DNA of 12,662 nt from Candidatus Nanohalobium sp. (GTDB taxonomy: Archaea > Nanohalarchaeota > Nanosalinia > Nanosalinales > Nanosalinaceae). A model generated the notes under the pieces. That model worked only from the letters and a program-made list of their open reading frames with translations, had not been told where the DNA came from and made no database searches. How positions within the stretch are numbered: position 1 is the first letter of the stretch; every line of letters begins with the position of its first letter. The position numbers and the translations under genes are program-made. Of this stretch, positions 5,980-12,662 are shown piece by piece. The stretch is from the NCBI GenBank assembly GCA_042216335.1, contig JBDGTY010000025.1:1-12662 (forward strand), given 5' to 3'.

Positions 5980-8900
5980 ATGGAAGTAGAGGATTACTTC
6001 GACCGGTTGAGAGAGAAGACAGAAAAGGCCTATGATCTCGGCGAGAAGGCCCGTGAACAGTCTAAGGATCCCGAGCAACGTATCGATATTCCTGTGGCCG
6101 AGGACCTTCCGGAGAAGGCTTCCAGCCTGGTTATCGCGGCGATGTTCGAGGAACTGGAGGATCAGGGAGTTGCCGAAAGAATTCGTGAACTCGAGGACGA
6201 GTACGGTAAGAACGATGAACGTGTTTCCTTCCAGATCGCCCGGGAGATTGCTCAGGGAGAGTTCTACGAGTTTGACGACCTGGAGAGGGCGTGCAACGCC
6301 GGGATAAGGGTAGGAGTTTCCTACATGACAGGAGGCATCACGACAGCACCTCTGGAGGGAATCGGCGACATCAAGATCCGTGAGAACGATGATGGCAGCG
6401 AGTACCTTGCTGTCTACTACTCGGGACCCATCAGGTCGGCCGGTGGAACAGCATCGGCAATGAGCGTACTCCTGGCTGATTACGTGAGGCTAGGTGTCGA
6501 TCTGGACCGTTTCAGGCCTTCCGACACCGTTGTCAAAAGATATGCTACAGAAGTTGAAGACTACTATAACCGCGTCACAGCCAAGCAGTACAATCCCACG
6601 CGTGAAGAGGTCAAGAAGATTGCCTCGAATGTTCCAGTGGAAGTCACGGGGTCGCCGACCGAAGATCTGGAGGTCAACAACTACAAGGACCTTGACAGAG
6701 TGGATACTAACCAGATCCGAGGAGGAATGTGCCTGGTCTACCTCGACGGCCTGCCTCTCAAAGCTCCAAAGATCAAGAAGAGGATCAAGAAGTGGGGCAA
6801 GGACTTCGGCTTGGAGCACTGGGAATGGGTAGAGGACTACCTGGAACTCCAGAAGGAGATACACTCCTCAGACGACGATGACGGAGAAGACGGAGATGAC
6901 AATGATGAGAAGAAGTACACTCCCAGCGACAAGTACCTCGGCTCACTGACTGCCGGAAGACCGATATTCGCCCATCCCGGAAAGAAGGGGGGATTCCGCC
7001 TCAGGTACGGCCACTCACGAACCAACGGATTAGCCGCATGCAGCTTCCATCCGGCCACGATGGAGATTACGGAACGCTTCCTCGCCATCGGAACCCAGAT
7101 GAAGATCGAATACCCCGGTAAGGCAACCGTAGGAACACCATGCGACACCATACATCCGCCCGTTGTCAGACTGGAGAATGGCGACGTCATGAAGGTCGAG
7201 ACACGGGAAAAAGCCCGGGAGATCGAGGGAGATATTGACGAGATACTCTTCCTAGGCGACATGCTGGTTCCTTACGGAGAGTTCGTCGAGAACGGCAAGA
7301 AACTTCTTCCATCACCGTATGTCAGCGAGTGGTGGGAGAAAGAACTGGATAAACAGCTTGAGGAACAGGACGTCAAACTAGGGAAATCTTTCGATGATAA
7401 GACTCCGACACCGAAGGAAGCTTTCAAGATAAGCGACGTTCTCGGAATACCACTGCATCCAAGGTGGCAGTACCACTGGAAAGAAACCAGTCCAGACAGG
7501 TTCCAAGCTCTCTACAAATCCCTTAATTCAGGAACGTTGGAAGATGAAGAAACGAAGAAATGTCTGGAAGACATACTTGTACAGCACAAAATGGAGGACG
7601 GCGAGATCAAAGTAGGCAAGAAAGACCTGAAAGTCCTCAGAAAACTACTGGAGACAGATGAAGACTGTAGCGAAGAACTGAAAGATCTGGAAGATGGAAA
7701 GGACATACAGGAGTTCATCGAGGACATCTCAGGATACGAGCTGCGTGATCAGGCACCTCATTACCTCGGAGCCAGGATGGGCCGCCCGGAGAAAGCGGAG
7801 AGAAGAACTTTGAACGGAAAACCGCAGCTCCTATTCCCTTGCGGAAAGCAGGAAGGAGGCAGGATGCGTAACCTGGTCGCTTCCTACAACTACGGCAGCG
7901 TGCAGGAGGATATCGTGGTTAACAGGGACGAGGAAACCGGTGAAAAGACCTACTTTGCCTACAACCCTGAGACCGGCAATCCCGCGGATTCTGTCTGGTT
8001 CTGCGCCAACTGCCAGAAAGAGCACGAGGAGGAACCGGAGAAATGCGAGAACTGCGGCCAGGAACGCTTCCAGCGCCACAAGAACACCAGCATCGAGATA
8101 GACGAACTGATGGAAAACGCCCTCGACAACCTTGACATGAACGAGCCTCCGGAACTACTCAAATCATTCAGGGGAATGACCAGCGAGCACAAGCACGTCG
8201 AGCCTATAGAAAAAGGCCTTCTCCGGGAGAAATACGATCTCTACGTCAACAAGGACGCAACCGTCCGCTACGACGCATCAGACATCCCGATGACCCACTT
8301 CAAACCCCGGGAGATAGATGTCTCCGTTGAAAAGTTGAGAGAAATCGGCTACGAGGAAGATCACAACGGAGAACCCCTTGAAGACGAAGACCAGATAGTA
8401 GCATTGAAGCCTCAGGACATAATCATTCCTGACAGCGACAAGACTCTCTCCGCAGCAGACTACATGATGCGTGTCTGCGACTTCGTCGACGAACTACTCG
8501 AAGAATTCTACGACCTGCCCGCCTTCTACGAGGTAGAGGAGAAAGAGGATCTGGTCGGAGAACTGGTCATCGGCCTCGCACCACACACCTCGGGAGGCAC
8601 AGTAGGAAGGATAATAGGGTTCACAGACGCCAAAGGAATCTACGCACACCCTTACTGGCACGCAGGGAAGCGCAGAAATTGTGATGGAGACGAGGATGCC
8701 ATACTGATGATGATGGATGGCCTTCTGAACTTCTCACGTCAGTTCCTGCCGGACATGACGGGCGCTAGAACCATGGATGCTCCGCTTATCCTCTCTACAG
8801 TGTTGAATCCTGATGAGGTCGACGATGAGGCGTGGGCTGTTGAAAGTGTTGATGAATATCCGCTCAAATTTTATAAGGAAACCTGTGAGTACAAGGAGCC

Positions 8901-9462
8901 GTGGGATCTGGAGTCAGAGATTCAGATCGGTGAGGATATCGTTCACAGCGATGAGCCTTTCAGGCACGGCTTTACGCATGATACGACGGATATAGAGAAC
9001 GGTCCGTCTCAGTCGGAGTACGTTACTCTGGATGAGATGAGTGAGAAGACTTCTGCGCAGCTGGGCCTTGGTGAGAAGACGAAGGCGGCTGATGAAGATG
9101 CGACTGCCGAGTTGCTGCTTCAGAAGCATTTTTTGCCTGATATCCGCGGTAACCTGAGGAGTTTTTCTTCCCAGGAGATGCGTTGTGTCGACTGCAACGA
9201 GAAGTTCAGAAGAGTGCCGCTGACGAACCAGACTATCGCTCCGTCGGGCAAGACCACGGCCCAGTGTCCTGAATGCGACGGCAAGGTTCTTCTGACGATC
9301 TCAGAGGGTACTATCCGGAAGTACATGCAGCCGTCGAAGGATATCATCGATGAATACGAGATATCGCCTTACCTGCGCCAACAGGTGACGATGATCAACA
9401 AGACGCTGCAGAGCCTTTTCGGTAAGGATGAGCGTCAGAGCGGTCTGAATCAGTTCACGTGA
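5980..9462 (+). CDS. polC: DNA polymerase D large subunit DP2 (PolD2), intein-free
   Basis: APLEGI, GPIRSAGGTA, GGFRLRYG, RMGRPEKA, GLAPHTSG, catalytic KRRNCDGDED, C-terminal CxxC...CxxC and terminal PIP box QSGLNQF. Confidence 0.98.
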   Translation: MEVEDYFDRLREKTEKAYDLGEKAREQSKDPEQRIDIPVAEDLPEKASSLVIAAMFEELEDQGVAERIRELEDEYGKNDERVSFQIAREIAQGEFYEFDDLERACNAGIRVGVSYMTGGITTAPLEGIGDIKIRENDDGSEYLAVYYSGPIRSAGGTASAMSVLLADYVRLGVDLDRFRPSDTVVKRYATEVEDYYNRVTAKQYNPTREEVKKIASNVPVEVTGSPTEDLEVNNYKDLDRVDTNQIRGGMCLVYLDGLPLKAPKIKKRIKKWGKDFGLEHWEWVEDYLELQKEIHSSDDDDGEDGDDNDEKKYTPSDKYLGSLTAGRPIFAHPGKKGGFRLRYGHSRTNGLAACSFHPATMEITERFLAIGTQMKIEYPGKATVGTPCDTIHPPVVRLENGDVMKVETREKAREIEGDIDEILFLGDMLVPYGEFVENGKKLLPSPYVSEWWEKELDKQLEEQDVKLGKSFDDKTPTPKEAFKISDVLGIPLHPRWQYHWKETSPDRFQALYKSLNSGTLEDEETKKCLEDILVQHKMEDGEIKVGKKDLKVLRKLLETDEDCSEELKDLEDGKDIQEFIEDISGYELRDQAPHYLGARMGRPEKAERRTLNGKPQLLFPCGKQEGGRMRNLVASYNYGSVQEDIVVNRDEETGEKTYFAYNPETGNPADSVWFCANCQKEHEEEPEKCENCGQERFQRHKNTSIEIDELMENALDNLDMNEPPELLKSFRGMTSEHKHVEPIEKGLLREKYDLYVNKDATVRYDASDIPMTHFKPREIDVSVEKLREIGYEEDHNGEPLEDEDQIVALKPQDIIIPDSDKTLSAADYMMRVCDFVDELLEEFYDLPAFYEVEEKEDLVGELVIGLAPHTSGGTVGRIIGFTDAKGIYAHPYWHAGKRRNCDGDEDAILMMMDGLLNFSRQFLPDMTGARTMDAPLILSTVLNPDEVDDEAWAVESVDEYPLKFYKETCEYKEPWDLESEIQIGEDIVHSDEPFRHGFTHDTTDIENGPSQSEYVTLDEMSEKTSAQLGLGEKTKAADEDATAELLLQKHFLPDIRGNLRSFSSQEMRCVDCNEKFRRVPLTNQTIAPSGKTTAQCPECDGKVLLTISEGTIRKYMQPSKDIIDEYEISPYLRQQVTMINKTLQSLFGKDERQSGLNQFT

Positions 9463-9471
9463 TGGGGCAAG

Positions 9472-9479
9472 TTTTTAGG
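9472..9479 (+). promoter_or_regulatory. Candidate TATA box for a leaderless CBS gene transcript
   Basis: TTTTTAGG ends about 24 nt before ATG 9503; no SD present. Confidence 0.45.
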
Positions 9480-9502
9480 CTTTCGAGTCCTATTTTCTTG
9501 GT

Positions 9503-10033
9503 ATGGCAGAAGAAGTTCCGATCAAAGAGGTTATGACAGAAGGCGTAATAGCCATCGAAAAAGATAAGAGTGTAGTTGAGGCCGCTCAGCTGCTTGAAGA
9601 GGAGGATATCAGAGGCCTTATCGTCGTGGATGATGGAGAGGCCGTTGGCGTCATCGTCTGCAGGGATATCACCTACGATGTCGTGGCTGACGGAGAAGAT
9701 CCACGTGAGGTCACGGTCGAGGATGTTATGAGCTCCGATCTTATCGTGGCGGAAGAAGACGAGGTCCTCAACGATATCGCGATGGCTATGGTCCGTAACA
9801 ATGTTTCCAGGGTTCCTGTTGTCAGGGGAGACATGCTTGTCGGTATCCTGACACAGAGCGATATCCTGCGTGCATGGCCCGGGTTCGCCGAGGTCATCGG
9901 ACAGGAACAGGAGATGGACGCACCGGCAACACCCAACACAGAGTCAAGGGAGGGCTACTGCGAGAGCTGTGAGAACTTCAGCGAGGACCTTGAGAACGTC
10001 GAAGGCATGTGGGTCTGCCCCGAGTGCCGTTAG
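9503..10033 (+). CDS. CBS-pair (Bateman) domain protein with C-terminal Zn ribbon
   Basis: Two CBS repeats (IKEVMT...VGVIVCRDI; VEDVMS...LVGILTQSDI) and CESC...CPEC. Confidence 0.93.
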   Translation: MAEEVPIKEVMTEGVIAIEKDKSVVEAAQLLEEEDIRGLIVVDDGEAVGVIVCRDITYDVVADGEDPREVTVEDVMSSDLIVAEEDEVLNDIAMAMVRNNVSRVPVVRGDMLVGILTQSDILRAWPGFAEVIGQEQEMDAPATPNTESREGYCESCENFSEDLENVEGMWVCPECR

Positions 10034-10040
10034 AAACTCC

Positions 10041-10190
10041 TTAACTTTTCCATTTACATTTTATACTTTCTAACTTGAAGTCTCTCATCTCAAACTCCTC
10101 TCTTTCCTGTTTCAACTGTTCGACGACCTCACCTATCTCGGGGAATGCACCTTCGAATTCTTCGAGACTTTGGGAATTTTCTCCTTTCAT
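10041..10190 (-). CDS. Small acidic ORF, 49 aa (MKGENSQSLEEFEGAFPEIGEVVEQLKQEREEFEMRDFKLESIKCKWKS); possible antitoxin remnant
   Basis: Translated by hand. Host-like acidic composition; GAAAGATTCAAG promoter-like element about 25 nt upstream on the minus strand. Confidence 0.5.
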   Translation of the reverse strand: MKGENSQSLEEFEGAFPEIGEVVEQLKQEREEFEMRDFKLESIKCKWKS

Positions 10191-10244
10191 ATCTCATTAC
10201 TTGTCTCGGAACATCTTGAATCTTTCGGCTTTTCTTCTAGATAC

Positions 10245-10252
10245 TTTTTTAC
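10245..10252 (+). promoter_or_regulatory. Candidate TATA box for the leaderless three-gene operon
   Basis: TTTTTTAC ends about 24 nt before ATG 10277. Confidence 0.45.
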
Positions 10253-10276
10253 CACGCCTCTACAAACTACTGATTA

Positions 10277-10735
10277 ATGGAGATAATTGAGGAGGCGGTT
10301 CGCCGGAGGCAGACCCTGAAGATACGTGACCCGGACAGAGCCTACTCCGAGCTAAGGGATTTGCTTGAGAGTCGAATCGCTTTGGATCATGTCCATGAGG
10401 AGAAGTACTACAACGATGTGGAGGAGGGTTTGATACGTGCGAAGATTGAGGCCGAGGAAGGTTTCGACAAGCATTCTGAGGGTGTCTACGAAATCTTCCT
10501 TACCCTGGATCCGTCGAAAGGTGAGATGGATATACAGATAAAGGGGAAGATCGAGACGCATTATCCGACGGAGAAGCCGTGGCAGGGCACCCTGTGGTAC
10601 TATGCGTACCGCTCGCTCTTCGACAAGTTCCTGTATGGTTCTGTGCGGGAAGGTTACGAGCATGCGGTCGAGGAGAAAGTCGATATAATACTTGAAAGGG
10701 TTCGTGAGACTCTGGAGGTGAAACGAAGTGGTTAG
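10277..10735 (+). CDS. Hypothetical protein, paralog 1 of triad (152 aa)
   Basis: Host-like codon usage; shares N-terminal helix and C-terminal helix patterns with the next two genes. Confidence 0.88.
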   Translation: MEIIEEAVRRRQTLKIRDPDRAYSELRDLLESRIALDHVHEEKYYNDVEEGLIRAKIEAEEGFDKHSEGVYEIFLTLDPSKGEMDIQIKGKIETHYPTEKPWQGTLWYYAYRSLFDKFLYGSVREGYEHAVEEKVDIILERVRETLEVKRSG

Positions 10736-11351
10736 GTTCAAGGAAGGAGGGGTCTACCACAAGGAGGATCACTACTTTGTGAAGGAGGATCCGGCCCGCA
10801 TCTACCGGGGCTTGAAGGACCTGCTTGTTGAGGAGTTCTCGATGGACCGTATCGAGGAGGCGAAGAACGAGTTCTCAGTCTCCGGGCCGAAGGATAAGAT
10901 CCGGCTCCACGCGTTCAAGGAGAAAAGCCCTCATACTGTCATCCATTACAGCCTCCAGTTCCGCACCAAGTCGCCGAAGAGGATATACAAGATGCAACGC
11001 TCCGAGGACATCTTGAAGGCTCGTGTGCAGTCGACCGCGAACATCATAACTCGTTACCCGGGTTATGAGGATATTTCGTGGCTTCCTGTTCCTCCTCAGG
11101 AGGAGCCGAGCAGGAACTACAGCAAGTCGGGTCTGAGGGCGGAGCATGTCTCCCAGTTCCAGCGCTCGAAGCTCTACGAGGTGATCGTAGGCATCTGGTA
11201 TAACAAGTTCTACAGCAAGGAGATACACACCTATGAGGAGGAGGCCGAGGAGACTATCCTGCATCTGCACGACTTGATGCGTGAGAAGTTCGGAGTGGAG
11301 AAAACCATCGGAAGAACAGGCGCAAGCCACTACGACGCACCGTGGAAGTGA
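10728..11351 (+). CDS. Hypothetical protein, paralog 2 of triad (207 aa)
   Basis: GTG start with a strong GGAGGTGA SD; 8-nt overlap with the previous gene. Confidence 0.88.
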   Translation: MVRFKEGGVYHKEDHYFVKEDPARIYRGLKDLLVEEFSMDRIEEAKNEFSVSGPKDKIRLHAFKEKSPHTVIHYSLQFRTKSPKRIYKMQRSEDILKARVQSTANIITRYPGYEDISWLPVPPQEEPSRNYSKSGLRAEHVSQFQRSKLYEVIVGIWYNKFYSKEIHTYEEEAEETILHLHDLMREKFGVEKTIGRTGASHYDAPWK

Positions 11352-11357
11352 TGAACG

Positions 11358-12071
11358 ATGTCTGAAGACGATGACACAGGTCTTGGGACTTCCCTGAAGC
11401 GTATCTTTTTGCCGATGCTTCATACTCCCGGCACTATCAAAGACTGGTACTCTCACGGCCAGGAGGAGAAGTATGAGGAGAAGGACGATGTCTGGAGCGA
11501 CTTCCATATCTTCCACGATGACTGGATCGAGATCGCGAACAAGAAGGAGTGGTACGATGCTCCTCACGTCCCGCAGATCTACAAGGATCACAAGAAGATC
11601 GTGAAGCAGAACATGGGTATGAAAAGGCCGTTCGAATACTTCTACTACGAGAAGCCTGAGAACGGTGACTTCGAATCCAACATGTACGTCAAGGACAGAG
11701 GCCTTCCAAGCGGCTACGGCAACCTGAAAATGGATATAGAGATCACCTTGCCGGGCGGCCCGCCCTCAGGGGAGAACGACGCCTGCCTGGTCGAGTACTT
11801 CGTCACCGCCAAGATAGGCTACAAGGATGTTCCCGACGGCATCGACTACCTGCCGCGTTTCCTCGCCTACCCGTTGAACCGTTTCTTCAAATGGGCTTTC
11901 ATAGAGTTCGTGGCTGAGGAACAGATCGAGTACGACGGGGAATACGCACAGGAAAGGGTCAACGAGTACTTCCAGTACCTCAGAAAGTACCACGGGGAAG
12001 AACCGCTCCAGGCCAAAAGCCGTCAGGCAGTTTTCAAGCCTTCGGTCGAGGACGGAGTCTTCTTCCAGTGA
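11358..12071 (+). CDS. Hypothetical protein, paralog 3 of triad (237 aa)
   Basis: Starts 6 nt after the previous stop; host-like codon usage; related C-terminal helix. Confidence 0.88.
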   Translation: MSEDDDTGLGTSLKRIFLPMLHTPGTIKDWYSHGQEEKYEEKDDVWSDFHIFHDDWIEIANKKEWYDAPHVPQIYKDHKKIVKQNMGMKRPFEYFYYEKPENGDFESNMYVKDRGLPSGYGNLKMDIEITLPGGPPSGENDACLVEYFVTAKIGYKDVPDGIDYLPRFLAYPLNRFFKWAFIEFVAEEQIEYDGEYAQERVNEYFQYLRKYHGEEPLQAKSRQAVFKPSVEDGVFFQ

Positions 12072-12452
12072 TTATTCCATGACTATCTTTTTCATGGCTT
12101 CAATGAACTTCTTTCCTTTCTCCAGATCTTCCTCGAAATCACGGTGGTTGAAGTTTATCTCCAACTCGTAGTCCGCCATATCTCTCTTCTCCTGTAGCCT
12201 CTGGAGCAGTATGGCTTCTTCTCTTTTGATCTCCTCTTTTTCATCGTATAGTTCCTGGAACGTCTGCGACGCGGTGCCGCGATGTGTTCGAGGTTCGAAT
12301 CCTTCTGACAGCAGTCCGGCTTTTGCCGAGTAGAACACTGCGTAGTACAGCCTGTTGTACAGAGGTCTTACTGATACACCGCTTTCAATCATCTTCTCTA
12401 TGTCTTCGAGCGCCTGTTCCGAAAGTTCAAGCAGAGTCTCTAGGTGTTTCAG
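12072..12452 (-). CDS. HEPN-domain protein (R-x4-Y type) of an MNT-HEPN pair; start anomalous (CTG start or frameshift)
   Basis: NRLYYAVFYSAKA, PRTHRG and RDMADY motifs. The frame extends upstream of ATG 12392 through KHLETLLELSEQALEDIEK to CTG 12452. Confidence 0.85.
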   Translation of the reverse strand: MKHLETLLELSEQALEDIEKMIESGVSVRPLYNRLYYAVFYSAKAGLLSEGFEPRTHRGTASQTFQELYDEKEEIKREEAILLQRLQEKRDMADYELEINFNHRDFEEDLEKGKKFIEAMKKIVME

Positions 12453-12662
12453 ACATAGGCCTCGCCCTTCTCTTCAACTTCCCGGATGAACATGCTGTCC
12501 TGCATTTCACTGAACTCTCCCTCAGTCTTGATCAGTGGGACCATAAAGACTCCGTGCTCAACGCTGGTGTCAAAGGCTAAATCTTCGACTTTTTCCCGCT
12601 GTTCCTCGTCCTCCACGACGACCAGGACGTCGACGTCGCTTTCGTCATCTTCCTCGCCGCGG
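12449..12662 (-). CDS. Minimal nucleotidyltransferase (MNT) antitoxin, 5'-truncated by the window
   Basis: Hand translation ...RGEEDDESDVDVLVVVEDEEQREKVEDLAFDTSVEHGVFMVPLIKTEGEFSEMQDSMFIREVEEKGEAYV*, with the RG....SDxD motif and a typical F..EV...G terminus. Confidence 0.9.
   Translation of the reverse strand, partial: RGEEDDESDVDVLVVVEDEEQREKVEDLAFDTSVEHGVFMVPLIKTEGEFSEMQDSMFIREVEEKGEAYV

Noticed and set aside
5980..9462. Intein in DP2 (also checked cdc6 and DP1)
   Set aside because: Lengths are normal and conserved motifs such as RRNCDGDED, RMGRPEK and Walker A are uninterrupted.
2822..9939. Numerous antisense and alternative-frame ORFs within cdc6, DP1, HAD, DP2 and CBS
   Set aside because: Ser/Leu/Phe-rich shadows expected opposite acidic coding strands; no motifs.
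10075..10290. Listed 71-aa plus-strand ORF
   Set aside because: Ser-rich shadow of the more plausible minus-strand 49-aa ORF, and it overlaps promoter elements.
10352..11993. Antisense ORFs over the triad, including the 238-aa one
   Set aside because: Fully overlap better-supported plus-strand genes that have start signals and mutual similarity.
12284..12580. Listed 98-aa plus-strand ORF
   Set aside because: Antisense to the clearly recognisable MNT and HEPN genes.
1..12662. tRNA, rRNA, transposase or integrase
   Set aside because: No cloverleaf, rRNA-like stretch or recombinase motif seen; nearly all sequence is explained by CDSs and the origin.

Overview
Core replication locus of a halophilic archaeon. 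The acidic proteome, compact genes and leaderless promoters suggest a DPANN/Nanohaloarchaeota-like organism (inference). An origin of replication (about 1830-2384, with several ORB/mini-ORB boxes) precedes cdc6/orc1, PolD small subunit DP1, an inserted HAD-family hydrolase and intein-free PolD large subunit DP2. Next come a CBS/Zn-ribbon gene, a small antitoxin-like ORF, three tandem paralogous unknown genes and a convergent MNT-HEPN toxin-antitoxin pair cut by the window edge. The left end is a lower-GC segment with a VirB2/TrbC-like pilin and a Lys-rich membrane-anchored surface protein. The most unusual items are a 19-bp-period array of three palindromes inside the origin, a 10-codon uORF coupled to the cdc6 start, the HAD gene wedged between DP1 and DP2, the paralog triad, a HEPN gene lacking a canonical in-frame start, and a codon-usage flip at the empty DP2 intein site.
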